Part shown: positions 14,001 through 27,026 of the stretch, in pieces | Position numbering within the stretch: the stretch's first letter is position 1 | Layout of the letters: each line of letters opens with the position of its first letter | Source of the DNA: Klebsormidium nitens | Lineage: Eukaryota > Plantae > Klebsormidiophyceae | Reading direction: 5' to 3' | DNA length: 64,000 bases | Assembly (NCBI GenBank): GCA_000708835.1 | Contig: DF237006.1 | Span: forward strand, 69,817 to 133,816 | Made by a program: the position numbers and the translations under genes | Notes under the pieces: model-generated | Told to the model about the DNA's origin: nothing | Database searches by the model: none | Seen by the model: only the letters and a program-made list of their open reading frames with translations

Positions 14001-15596
14001 GTGTCAGTCTTCGAAACAAGCAAAATAGGGAGCCTAACTGGCATGCCGGTGACTTGTCCGACAGCTGGAATGTCGCCAGCTCGGAGATTTGCCCTCACCT
14101 TGTGGAGCTGAAAAACTTCCCAGAACTTATCCGCCGCCTCCCTCCACATGGTAGCCTGGATCTCAGTGCCCTGCAAGTACCAAGAAAGCTTTTTCAGTGG
14201 TGGTACATGAAGATCAGAGCCCTGATCCGAAAAGAGAAATTTACAGAAAATCTTGAAAGCCTTACTCAGGATCAGATGGCATACTTAGTAAAACACTGGC
14301 AGACGATGTGATTCTTTGCTGCAAAGGGCACCACTCTGACCTCTTCATCCATCAGCTCAACACTGAAGACGTTTCCGTCGCCTCTGGCTGTCTTGAACGT
14401 GCGCATCGGCCCCTTGTTTGTCACCCGAACCTGGATTGTCCAGTTGCCCTGGTATGGATTTAGAGAAACGAGCGGGTAAACCCGCCTTGAACCAGAAGAG
14501 GCCATCCTGTTGGAAGCTGCGGCCCTGCAAAGCAAAGAGGACATGTTACGCCCAAGCTTCATGAACAAATAAACTGCAAGCAGGATCATCAATCCTTTGC
14601 TTACAGCCCTGACATTGGCTGCATGCCTTCTTTCATAAAAACACTAGGGACTGAACATGTATGCTTCTTGTTTCTTGGACTCCATCAACACAACCGGCTG
14701 GCTCACTTGTTTCTCTCTGCCTCCATGATCTTTGAAGCCGGCTTTGGAGTGGACATAGGGAAAGGCTTTGCTTCGGGCGTGAACATGGGGGAGGCAAGTG
14801 GAGGTGAAGCAGGGGGCGGGGTGGTATTGAAAGAGAAGCTGGGGGTCTGTGAAACTTTTGTGGGCGTCATCTCCTCTGGCTTCAAAGCAGCTGGTGCAGG
14901 CTGCGGTCCTGAACGGAGCTCTTGACCAAGGGAGGGTCCTGCAACCTCGCACTTCAAGCACAGTATGACCCTGCACAGGAGTGAAGATCTTCTGACAAAG
15001 TCTGACTGTAACTTGAAGACCAATGGGTATGTCAAGCTTCTCAAAGACATGTGCAACATTGCTCAGAACGCAGGACTTCCTTAAGACCAGATCAGTACAC
15101 TGATCGGATGCGGCAATAGAGCAACACAATCAGCTGGAGGGCACCCCCAGCTACTCACTCTTCTCCATGAACCACATTGCAGACGGCCTCTTTGACGCGC
15201 AAAAGACCAAAATTCTGGACGGTCTTAGATGTCTCCACGTCGCTGGTCATTGTGCTTGGCAGGACGCCACGAATCCTGCTCTGCCCGTCGTTGGCAAGAA
15301 ACCTGCAAGCATATGTTGGCCTTGCTTACGAAAGATTCCCCTGCTGAGCTTCTAGTGCACGACAAGAGCTGACATCCTGCACGGCTCATGATGCATGTTG
15401 TGGTATGTTATAGGCAGACTTGCAAACTTAGCTGAACAAGATGCACGAGACAAGCGTACCTGTACTTTGCAATTTTGCCTTGTGTCTTTTCCAGCTCGAG
15501 CATCTGCACGACAAAGCCATCAGGGAAACCCTTTTCGGAAGGTGGTATATTCTTCTTCAGGTACTCCACAGCACCTGCTGTAACCTGACCCGCCAT
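11027..15596 (-). CDS. RPA1B: Replication protein A 70 kDa subunit, RPA1B-like, multi-exon
   Basis: Starts [12 protein letters not shown]-fold motifs [57 protein letters not shown]. Zn ribbon [11 protein letters not shown]...WWCEGC. Ends [19 protein letters not shown], without a CCHC tail. Confidence 0.92.
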
Positions 15597-15988
15597 GAAT
15601 TCTCGCTGCAATGCAATCAGGTTGAAACACCTCGTATTAAACGGGGAGGAAGGGAGGACACACTTCTGCACTGTGCTGATCTGCTTGCACCGCTGTAGCT
15701 TAGTTAGCTTAGTTGAGCTGGAGAAGCTACCTCTGCTTATCTTTCTACTTGTTTGAGGCTCTGAGGGGGAATCTGAAGCTGCTAGAAGTCAGCCAGAAGC
15801 GCTAGGCCAGAGGTCAGAACACAGAAGCGCCGGCGGTAAATAGAACTTGGCAGAAGCCAGAAGCCAGAAGGCTGAAGCGCCGGCTGCGGAAGCCCAGGAT
15901 GCCAGAGGCCGAGGGCCTCTGAGGGCCGAGGCCCAGGGCGGGTAGGAGGCCAGCTGCCTGCTTTTTGGGGACATTCGAACTTCAAAAT

Positions 15989-15999
15989 CTGGCGCGAAG
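15989..15999 (-). promoter_or_regulatory. Possible E2F-type site upstream of RPA1B
   Basis: TGGCGCGAAG is one mismatch from TTTCGCGCC, and RPA1B genes are known E2F targets. A short motif, so weak evidence. Confidence 0.3.
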
Positions 16000-16139
16000 C
16001 CCGACCTCTCGGATGACTTGGAGACATTCCATCGAACGGCCTAGAGTAAAATGTGCTGACAACCGTCGATGCTTCAAATTGAACGACTGGCAGAGTACGC
16101 AAACTGTCCACTGACGCACGAAAAACGTCGAGAAATCAG

Positions 16140-16241
16140 CTGATATGAGCTTCCTATGAGACTATGAGCTTCCTAGGATATCAGCCCATATCAACTGATA
16201 TCAGCTTCCTCGTCCCTGCTGGCACCAGCCTAGGAAGCTCA
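16140..16241. repeat. Nested direct and inverted short-repeat cluster
   Basis: TATGAGCTTCCTA at 16144 and 16163, CTGATATSAGCTTCCT at 16140 and 16195, and a perfect 13-bp inverted repeat TGAGCTTCCTAGG (16165-16177) / CCTAGGAAGCTCA (16229-16241). Confidence 0.8.
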
Positions 16242-17039
16242 AGCATTAGTGAGAGTAGGTTGCCGCCGGCCGGCCATATAGGTAAGAAGTCCTATTGAGT
16301 ATAAGTATATCGAATTTGAAACAAGGTGGAAACCCCGTGGAAACAAGCCCGAAACAAGAGCCTCACAAGACATGATCACGACAAGATTCGAAATCGCCTA
16401 ACCCGGAATTCGGAAAAGGTTAAAAGATATGGTATTAAGTGGGAGTAAGTGGGATCTCAACAAATTTTGCCCTCTATTCCAGAGCTTACTAAGTGCTTAC
16501 TAAGTGCGGTCTGAATTGATCATTGTCGCACGCGCCATTGTGTCGATGTGTGAGGGTTAAGTCATTCAACGACCGGTGTCGAACGGCAAGGCGGCCGCGA
16601 AGGTACATGCAGCTAGCCAACATTGCCGCGGGCTAAACTTTTGTGAGAATAGCTTTTTCGCATAGTAGGACCAGTGAGCCGCGGATGGTTGTCTATGACC
16701 GACCGATCGACCCATCGGCCGGCCTTAGTGTTCCTATGAAGTGCCTCACGGAGCATGTGCAAAGAAGGCGTAAAGCTCTGCCAGGGCGGCACCCCCTCCT
16801 TGTTACAATAACATTTCCCCCCCAATGCTTGGACGTGTCACCGTAAATGGATCTTACGCACGTCTTACGAACTTTCCTGCAGCGAGCACGCAACTACATA
16901 TGCTGACGAGCAAGATAACGTCTTCATTAGGGGCAGACCGCCTCTACCTTAAACTCAAGCATCGTCTTAAACAGATCACCATTGCTTCACAGGCTCCAAA
17001 AGAAGCTCGTGCCTAAACATTCCCTACGAAAGGAGGTGG

Positions 17040-19157
17040 TTAGATCTCTAGATACAACCTCACGAGTTTTAGCCTAGAGAAGGGCACGTGCCATCTTTGG
17101 TCCCGTTGCCTCCGGTTCAGGCCCCGCCCTTTTCCGGACGCACGATTGGCCCGTGTGTCTGCCAGCTTCCACGTCGTCATCTTGCTCTCGACGTCAAACG
17201 ACTCGAGTGCCAGTACCTCCTCATGCTCGATCAGCTTCGGCTCCGTTGACGGCCCCGGCTCTAGCTGGTCGGCCGAAACAGACGCAAGGCTGGGGTCCAC
17301 CAGGCTCGCCCGCAAGCGGGCTTCTGGCACTGTGTCGGGATTGGAAGCTTCGCCTGGGGTATCATGTACTGGCTGGCTATCAGAAGGTGAATCGGTGGAG
17401 CTTTTGGCTTTGCTACCTTTCCGCTCTTTCTTCTCCTCGATCTCTTTCTCCGCCATGAAGCGGACCACCATGGGCAGGTCCTGGAAGCGTTCCAGATCTG
17501 CCGGGACTTGGACGACCCGCTCCGCGCCTGGAGACCCGACCTGCAACAGGTCCAAAATGTTTTTTGGAATACTCGTTAGAGTCGTAATAGAGTAGCGCAC
17601 GAGTGCAATGAATGGCGGATAATAGGGGGTCTGGAAGATGGAAAAGTCTGTCGCGTTGCATAATCAATGCGTCAACGGAAAATTGCTGTCGCTTCTTGGC
17701 TCCTAGTGTTAGGCAGGTTATTGCACTGGCTGTAGGTCCAAAAGCTCCGAGTACTCCAAAGACTGGACTATCGAAGGAGCCAGTGATTGCTATCAATTCT
17801 ACTCAGGCCATCTACTTCTCAGAGCCCTGGCGAAGCAAGCTTTCCCATGTGAGACTGCCTTTATCAAGTACATTGCAGTCTGGCTTTGACAAATAAGTTA
17901 CTTGACCATGTACCAACAAGTCAACTGACGATGTTACTGCTTCTGATGTCAGCAATGATCAGCGCGAAGCCAGAGCTGCAGCCTTGATGGCTATCCAAGT
18001 CGATGCAATCGAAGCAGGTCCACAGATCTCATCCAATTGTTAGCTGTTCCATGCTGCGACCTTTTCCGGGCCCCACTTGTTACAATCAGCACAGCGGAAA
18101 GTACTGTTCTCAAGCAGATTCACACCAGTTGCATCGCCACCCATCTTGGGACTCACCTCTGTCTCAATGATGGGCAGCTCCTTCCTCTCGGTCGCCTCGT
18201 CCAGCTGCGTGTTATACGCCCGTGCAAAGCTCTGGATCTCCTCCATGGTGGGTGACCCGTAAATGTCCTCCAGCTTGTCGAGCCGCAGCTTCACCACCTC
18301 GAGTGCATCGTACGCCCGGAACGCATACAGCCTGAACTTGCCCGCAAATTCCGGGTAGCTTAACACCTGCTCTGCGTATTCCAGTGCTTTCTTCCCCCAT
18401 TTTGTCGAGCCCACTCTGATCCCGCCCCCATCACCCCCGTCCCCAAGTTCGATCGGCCCCTCGTCCTCTGCCTCGTACTCCCAGCCATCTTCCGTCTCCC
18501 CGTCTAGCGGAATGTCCACCTCGTCGAGTGGAGCGATGCCTTCCTCCCAACTTTCGTCCACCTCTTCGCCGTCACTAACACCGTCAATCAATGACATAAC
18601 ATCCACAGCCTGTTCGGACACGGCTGCCTCATCTTCAGCTGTGACCGCTTCCACTCCTCCCTTGTCCTTCTTCTTAGCAGAGGGGAACCTGTTCTCTCTG
18701 CTATAAGAGTGGGCCGAGAAACAGGAAGCCTGCACGGAGCCCAGCCAGCCGCTGGACCTCATGGCAGTCCTGACGCCACATTGCCAAAATTGTGGCGTCT
18801 TCAGCCACTGAGGAGCCCGGACGCCACCACTCTTTGCTACGACCATTGGTCTAGCCTGAAGAAAGCAAACGGGTTTCTGAACCAGCTGTCCGCTGCAGGT
18901 CTTTCCGATGGGCAGCCATGTGCTTGAGTTTGGCAGCAGCCGCCTCGATGCCTGTGCTGCGGTGGTGCACGCAGGACCCATGATGGCCGTGCTGATGACA
19001 CCCGTGGAACCTGGGAAAGAACGTTTACGAGACGGCCCAGGAGGAATGATCTAGGCATGCGACCTGTAAGTGCTAATAAGTGCTGAGAAGAGGTGGAGAA
19101 TGCATGCAAGAATGCAGCCTGCAGCTGTGCAGACAATGCAGATGCAGGGCTCGGCAT
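17040..19157 (-). CDS. Organelle-targeted ribosome maturation factor RimP-like protein (UPF0090/DUF150). Exons approx. 19157-19064, 19010-18157, 17540-17040
   Basis: LRLDKLEDIYGSPTMEEIQSFARAY, ETE|VGSPGAERVVQVPADLERFQDLPMVVRF, C-terminal LKLVRLYLEI*. The N-terminus is transit-peptide-like and followed by an acidic stretch. The start codon is the least certain part. Confidence 0.8.
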
Positions 19158-19536
19158 GCAAACTGCGACCGGCACTGCCGCTACGATGAATAACGGCAAA
19201 GAAAACGGGAAGAAAACGGTAGGTGTGCCACCACTCGTGTCGCCGGAACAAAACGTTGATCAGTCGTCGTGGGGCGCTAAATAAATAATGCTGCAACTTG
19301 CTTTTGAGCATTTTTGAGCGACCAACTTCAGCCACAATACAAGCAACCTTGCACGACCCTTCTTTTGCTGCTTTCTCAGAAGCTCAGAATCTCAAGCTCT
19401 GGAACTGGAATCACCACTGCCACTTCAGATTTCAAAGTCATGAGCCTTGAAACTTGAAGTCGAGGTACCAGAATTATCTCTCTTCTCCACTGGGGTGCTC
19501 CTCTCAGAGCTCTACCACAATACTATTTTTTGCGGC

Positions 19537-20316
19537 ATGGCAGAAGATCTGCTATGTTGTGCGCGTCTGAGGGCTGGCAGCCTGCGGCCCACCACTGCCT
19601 GCACCTTTGCAGGGACCAAGTTGCGGCGATGCAGCCAACAAGCTGTCTCTTCAGTACGTGTGAATCATTGGGCCCAAACCCCAGCACCACCAACTAGAGT
19701 GCGCAGTGCAGCATTTCGGATAGAAACTTCTTCCTCTTTTAATCTTTGCAGTCCCAGTGCTTCAGTGCAAAGGTTAGCGGGTTGCAGTCTTGGTGACAGA
19801 AGCATTATAAAACCGAGAAGGGTCACGTCTCAAGCCTTGGGAGTGGAGGGAGAGTCAAATCAGCCGCAATCGGATGGTGGTAGTAAGTCTTCTGCAGCCC
19901 CGAGCAGCTTGCAGATTGGCAACCCAATTGTAATTATAGAAGCTCCACCATTTGTCAAGTCGGCTGAACCCATGCCGATGTTGCGGGAGAACAAGGGCCA
20001 GATCAAAGAGGGAGATGTTGGAAGGTGAGACAAGCATATTTTTCATGCTTTATACGACCTTTTTGCCATGGACAGTGATTGGGCCTTGTTGTTTTCCTCA
20101 AAAGCTCAAGTTCTGCGTGTGGAAAATGGAGGAGCCCCTGGTGATGACTACCAATGGACGGACGCTTCAGCATGCTTCCAAGAATCTTTTTGATGAACCT
20201 GCACCTTCTTATGCAGGATCATGGATAGACGGCCGAAGGGAGTATGGGCAATTCGCTTCACGAATGGGGCTTTCTTGGTTGACCGGAAGTACTTCAAGGA
20301 ACTGGGCATGCAATAA
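19537..20316 (+). CDS. NdhS: Chloroplast NDH complex subunit S (ferredoxin-binding SH3-like), 2 exons: 19537-20025, 20217-20316
   Basis: Long transit peptide, then IGNPIVIIEAPPFVKSAEPMPMLRENKGQIKEGDVGR|IMDRRPKGVWAIRFTNGAFLVDRKYFKEL, which matches the recalled NdhS/CRR31 pattern. Confidence 0.88.
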
Positions 20317-21156
20317 CGGATGAATTTGCACGATTGGTAAACATTCAACGAATTCTGGACAAATGTGGTGTTTGCTGCTGGTCACCATCTGATTTCAGAA
20401 AGTTGTCACTGCCTTCAATAATTTGGGTCTTGTACAGGAAAGTCTATGCTCGGTGGACCCATGCCAACATGTTCAGCATGTAGTCATGGATGCCGTGTGC
20501 TATGCCATGAAAGGGGTCGTATCAGGCCCATCATGCAAGAATGTTGTACTGCACATGTGGCTCAAAAAAATGTCTGCTGCGCGCGGCTGCTTGGCTCTAA
20601 GAAATCTGCAAATCACGAGATGGTGCATGCTATGATTCACATTTCATTTGATATCGAGGCACATCCTTACTCGGTTACTCACTTCGCGCACGCACGCGCA
20701 AACAAATTCGTATATACCATGCATCACATGGGAGCTGCGCATGATCACATGTACCCTACACGAATGTCGGGTGCCCAAACACAGATCCATATACCAATCC
20801 GCCAGAAGATACATCCAAAGCTTCAGTTGCTCGAGCATGGTTTGCATATGTCCTTCAAGTAATAGCCTTCCACCGAGAGACCGGTATGAGCGCACCACAT
20901 CGTTCTCAAAGATTGAAGACTTTGCTTGCCTAGGCGCAGTCGCGCAGCACTCTGGTATTCACTGGACCTTCCAGCTGCCCGGCACGACTCGAGGACAAGC
21001 GTGCATGAACATCCAACCAACTGCTCACACCTGGTAACATGTGCATCGAGATAATTGTAGCACACCTCATCATGTGATTATGGACAGATGTAGTGAACAT
21101 TTAAACACCCCGTAATAACAAACACTCTTCCAAAGCAATCAGGAAACAAGCTTCTG

Positions 21157-24100
21157 TCAAAAATCTTGTCTTTGCTGCAGCATCGCCTCCATAAATGCTG
21201 GCATGATTCTTGTGAGCGAAGGTAGCATGTGCGACGGTCCACTGAAGAGCTCGCCCCAGGGCCGCATGCCCAGGCCCGCTGCGGCTTTTCTACTTTGTGC
21301 GGGCTGTTTTGCTGCCGGCAGCTTCCCATAGATTGCTTCGTATCCAGACGGACCTGCAAGAACAAAGCGCTCATTCAGTTGCAATCGGAAACACAACCGA
21401 ACGCGGCTCCAACGATTTGCGCCCAATCTTGGCGTCTGCTCAATTTTGTGTATTAAATCGACCAACGGGCTGCAAGCGGAGGCGAGTAACGCACGTGACG
21501 AAGTGCTTTGGATTGCAATCGTAGGTACCTTTGACCCGTGCCAAAGCAGTACCGATGACAAAACCTTGGCGGGATTTTTTTAGATACCACAACACTCCGA
21601 AAAGAACCATAGGCATCGCGAAGTTCGAGTTGCATAACAGTGCCGGCCCGCCGTGGTCCGCCCCTCACCCTCGGCTGCCTCTGTCTCCATTGGCGTCACC
21701 TCCGGGTCATCCACCGCCGACACTGTCGCCGTCTGCTCCTCCTGGTCCTTGTCCACCGACACCCGCACCAGCTCTCGGTCCCGGGTAGCAATTAGCAGCT
21801 GACTATCCCGAGACTTACCAGACCCAGGGGCGGGAGGGAGGAACACTAGAGAGGCCCCACCGGCCTGTCAAGTCGGAGACAACGTACGCGCTTGGGTCAG
21901 CAGTCTTACAAACGAACAGTGGACAAATCTTTGGACTTCGTCCAAAGAAACGGTAACGGGCCACTTCATGGGCATTGAGAATCATCTGAACGTCAACATT
22001 CTCTTCAAGATTTGCTGGCGGCTACAGAGGTGAAAGCACTGGGCTAAACATTCAGAGTGTGCCAATCAGAGCCATCTGGTTCACGCAAAGGCGTGAACTT
22101 TGTCAGAACGATGAAGATCGCCTTCTTCACAGCAGAGGGCAAGGGCGACCCAGTGCTCATAGCGAGTGCACGACAGTAAAACTGGAGGAAAACGCCCTTG
22201 CATCACATCGCGAGGACAGCTGGACAGACGGATCTCGATCGCAAAGCCCACGTCCACAACCGAAGGTCGAAATCTTGTCAAGGGCATAACACGCATTCCT
22301 CGGCCGCGCCTCACCTTTTGCAGCCTCCAGGCGACGAGCGGGGTCGGGCTGTGCGCCTCAAACGCCACCACGTAGCCCGCCCTCTCGCGCGGCCGGCCCT
22401 TTCCGCCGGCCTTCTTCCGCCCGACTGGCGCCGCTTTCGGTCGCTCCTCCGGATCCAGGATCAGGACGGCGAAGCGCGAGCTTCTGGGGTCCATCGCCAG
22501 CTCTGGAAAGAACATGAGCGACAGAGTCAGGCATGGCTGCTGGAAGGCAACAGCACGTCGAGTCGCCGGAAGAGCCGGTTTCTAGAGAGAGCAACCTTTT
22601 GCGGCTGTACAAAAACCAACCACAAGGTGGCGGGTTTTGACGGGAACGAGTGCCTTCCACAGTTCAGCCGAGTTTCTAACCACTGTTGACAACCCCGGCT
22701 CGGGAGAAACAGGAAAGAAGGGCGAGGGAGAAGGCGCTTCAGCGAAAGTCGTTACATGGTGTCCATCTGCACAACCTTGGTAACAAGTTTCAAATTTGCC
22801 GCACGTAAATCAGATCGACTTGATAACCCAAGCAGGGATTCGCAGAACCCATCTCATAGGGGCTACAAACCTGACCAAAAAGGGGACCGCTGAAAAGGCA
22901 ACCCGGCAGCCTCTATCCTTTCTCCTCGGTTCTCTACCCAAATCACTCACCTTTGACTTGGAGGTGGTACGCCCACCAGACGCTCATCGTCAGCAGGTTC
23001 CACGCCACCAGCATCGGCCGCGCGCCTTTTCCCCGGGCAGTCAGCACCAAAAAGTGGGACCCGTGCGCAGACTCGACTCTGATTATGCTCTGGTCCGGGG
23101 AGAGCCCCGGCGGCAGCGCGCACATAAGCCCGCCCGAGACCGTGTTCCACAGAGTGAGCGTCTCGCCCGCACCCACCGCAAGAAGGGAGCCGTCCCACGT
23201 GAACGCGGCGCAGCGGAGGGGTTCGGAGCGGTAAGAGCCGACGGAGCGGCAGCGCCATGAGACGGAGGGTTCGGCGGCGGAGCGTGCAGAAGAGTTGGGG
23301 CCAGGAACCCAGACCTTGAAGTCGCCGTCGAGGGAGGTGGTGACGGCCATGCGGGCGGAGGGGTGGAACACCAGGGACGTCACGGCAGCTCTGCAAGAAC
23401 GAGAGTTTTATGATTCACAAAACTTTAAGCCCGGCCAGACGGAAGACGGGGAGCACACGATGGCAGGAAGCACGAGTCAGCAGAGATTTGAGAGCGCTGA
23501 AAGACCGCGTTTAACACGACTGAAGGCTGCCTGATGCAATCAGCCCGCCAGTCTAGAACGAGGATGCGGCAGATACTCCCGCTTTGAAAAGTCTGGGGCT
23601 TCTCCACTTCCACTGGAGCAAGGGACTGAAAGCCGTCGGAGTAAGCACAGGCTGTATGTGTAGAAAGGCTCGCCGGCATGCCACTTTTCGCGACCTCTTA
23701 TTCATGTTTGCAAGCCTTGAGATAAGGTGGACCCCTTTGTCCCATATTGAAGGCAGGTTCCGCGTCAAATAGGGCTTGACTCACGTATGTGGTTCGTCGA
23801 CCCGGGTGTTGAGACGGTACCCCGATGTGCTCGCCTCTTTCTCCCAGAACTTGAGGCAGAGGCCGGAGCCAATGTTCTCCTCCGGTTCCATGGCATCGAT
23901 GGTCACCAGCACAGACGCATCGGCGCTGAAGGTGGCGTGGGACACAACCACCTGCAGCAAAGACGGAACAACAGTGTTTTCAGCTGACGCCGGGCCTGAG
24001 TTTCGACAAGGTCCGACTCGATAAAGCGCAGCCCAATTGACTACATGGGGGGGCTCTGGACATATGGGGATAGGACTGCGGGCACCAAACACCGTATCAA

Positions 24101-26766
24101 GGGCTTCGGAAGCAGAGTAGTGAGCAGCGGAACCTATGAAAGCTTTCGTTTCAGCTTCAAGCAAGCAGAACAGAAACCACTTGACATCAACACGTTAGTC
24201 AACGAACACCTTTCCTACCGCAGGCGTCAAAATCCACAAGACCAGCTCGGAACAGGTTTAAGGGAGTTAGTCGGACCCCCTCGACCAATCAAGGGTTCTC
24301 GGTTTTCACAATACTAATCAATCATGCTGCTCTATGAATCGCCCCCCGCCTACTCACCGCTGGCAGCTCTTGGCCTTGCTTGGGTGGCGCCGTAAAGTTG
24401 CGGGGTGCCACCTGCAGCTCGGCCGCCTGTCGATCCCGGAACACATCGTACACTTGAAGGGTGGCGTTGGGGGACGGAAGCACCAGGCGGCCCTCTGCGG
24501 GCTCCACGATGGGAGAGAAGGACACGAAGGGGGTCTTCTTGGGGGTGGCAGGGGCGGGCTTGATCCCCTGGATGGTTTGGACCACCTTCATGGAGGCAGT
24601 GTTCACGAAGCGAATTGCGTTGTCTTGGCAGGAAACCTGCATTGAGCGAGACAAGATTGAAAGAGCCCATAAACACGGGGTGTTGGTTGGTCAAGAGCTG
24701 CCATTTTTGAGTTCTCCAGATTTTTACTTAGACAGCGGATGCTCATTTGAACCAGAGGTTATGCATCACAGACTCTGTTTGCCAATAGTGGTCTTTGATT
24801 GATTGAACACCCCCTGTGTGAATAGCAGTACAGAAGTCTCTTGCGAAGCTGCATGAAGCCACTTTACTACCACCTCCGTTTAACAGCCCACTGCAGCCCG
24901 GAAACTCACCGCAAACAGCGTTGGGTCGGGCATCCCGGCAATATATCGGATTGGCGCCCCCATGCGTGGCAGGAACTGCTTCACGCCAGTCTCGACCTGC
25001 CACAGCACCAGCACCGCCTCCTCCCCGCCCGACAAAACATACGCCCCATCCTCGCTGAACACGAGAGCCCCCACTGCATTCGCATGCCAGTGCCATGTCG
25101 AAAGTGCCGACGCATCGTCTCCCAACCGCACCCCCCCCTTCCCAAACCTCGTGTTTCCGGCACCCCCAGCACGCGGACTGCCGATCAGCTGGCCACTCGT
25201 CCGGCCCTCAAATCCGGCGCGCCCCTCCCTAAGTATTCTGCGGTGCAAGGCCTTGTCAGGCGCAGACGTGCTTGCTGCCTGGTCCTGGTCGCTCGCATCT
25301 CGAAGGGCGCCCACGTCGTACCAGGCCAGGATGCGCCCGCTGGCGTCTCCGGCCGCCACCATCGTTTCGCTTGGGTGGAACGCGATGTTGCGGATGGGCT
25401 GCACATAGTTCTAAAGAGTCTGCTCACATCCTTTCATTACAAAGCAGATAAGAAAAGAAGACTTGTCCTGAAATAAGGGTTACAGCGCGGAGCTCGGCTC
25501 AGTACAGTGTGGGCCAAAGTTGGCCCCACTAGCAAGCGCCTTCGGACCTTTGCCGATGAGGAAAGTGAAAAGGCAGCCACCGACGAGAAGATAAAAACTC
25601 GACCGATGAATTACATTACAAGGGCTTATATTCGCTACGTTCTTCCGCGCCTTCGAGGGGCGACAACCCAGGTGCCCACTTCTCAGCAACACCAACCGTG
25701 AGTAAAAATCCAGAACGCAGAATGCAAACTGAGCTCCGTCACCAATTCGAAAAGGCTCGATGGGGAACAATGCACAATCACATCAGCATCTGTGGTAACC
25801 TCCACAATTTATACCTGGTGTATCAACGATACAAGTGGTGGTGCATTAAGGAGGGAAATCAAAAGAACAAGACGGAACCAATTAGTGGTGCGCCAAAACA
25901 ACATCTTACAGCCACTGTGACCACTCCTGACGACGCACCTTGGTATGGTGCAGGCGCACTTCCTTGTTGTCGGCCGTCCTCCACACCAGGACCGTGTGCT
26001 GGTCGTACGTGCCCACCAGGCCCCCCCGCAGGCTGTCCACCAGGTGGTGCGGCTCATTTGTCCGCGCCAAAAAGGGCAAAACAATCTCGCCCTTCGCCAA
26101 ATCAAACTGCAGGACGCGCCCCGACCGCCGCCCATCGCTTCCGCTGACGACAGGTTTACCATCCTCCGGTTCAACAGGGTTTCCTTCTGCATCTCTGTGC
26201 TCGGGGACACTAATATGAGAGCCATCGCCCATTCCTTCCCGGTTGCTGTCATCTTTACTCTCTGGTGCGCCTGTTTTCTTCCCCTTCTTCTTGACTTTTG
26301 GCTTCTTCTGCAGTTTCACCGATGGCCCCCTTGCCTGCGGGGGCTCCTGCCCATGCTTCCACCACACCGACAAGTATGCATTCCGCCCGTACGCAGCCAG
26401 ACCCCGCCGATCTCCCAAGCCTGGCACAACCATTGACTTGATCGGGTAACCCACCGTTACCGTCCTCAACATGCTGCCCCTCACATAGTCCCACTGCCTG
26501 ATAGTGCCGTCCAGAGAGGCCGACCATGCCTGCGACAGCTCCCCCGCCCCCTGCCCACCCTCCACCAAGTTCCCACCCAATTTGAAACCCTCGATAACAA
26601 TCGCAGTGACCGCTGCCGAATGGCCCTGGAGGATGAGTAGCTGCTCGCCAGTGGCAACACTGTGGACTCTGATGGTGGTGCCGCTGCAGATGAGGCATCG
26701 CTTTCCATCTGGGGAAGGCACTGGGGGATGGCTGACCAGACGTCCACCTCCTGTCGCCATCGCCAT
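21157..26766 (-). CDS. WDR75: WD-repeat protein 75 / UTP17 (NAN1), t-UTP small-subunit processome component, multi-exon
   Basis: N-terminal GGGRLVSHPPVPSPDGK, WD repeats (LQGHSAAVT, IAFHPSET, WHWHANAV...SGGEEAVLVLWQ, VFHPSARMAVTTS), and terminal FSGPSHMLPSLTRIMPAFMEAML typical of the family. Confidence 0.88.
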
Positions 26767-27003
26767 CGCCGTCCACCTGAAGACCTGATTTACCTTGCAA
26801 GACAGGACTTCACCACGACCCTGTCGACGCGCCCCTCATCAATGCCGTGGCATTCTGCAGAAGCGCACCAGAGTCTGAGATGGTCATCAAACCAATTACG
26901 CCATGGCTCACAGGCAAACGATATTGAGTGTCTCACAGACAAGGCAGCTACAGGCTTGACAAGCTAGCACGGCGCGAGTGCACCCGCGCGCCCAACTCGG
27001 TTT

Positions 27004-27026
27004 ATAGGGTTTCAAGTTTAGGGTTT
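27004..27026 (-). promoter_or_regulatory. Telo-box pair (AAACCCTA) upstream of WDR75
   Basis: Plus-strand TATAGGGTTT and TTTAGGGTTT lie ~250 bp upstream of the ATG of a ribosome-biogenesis gene. Telo-boxes are established in such plant promoters and 5' UTRs. Confidence 0.6.
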
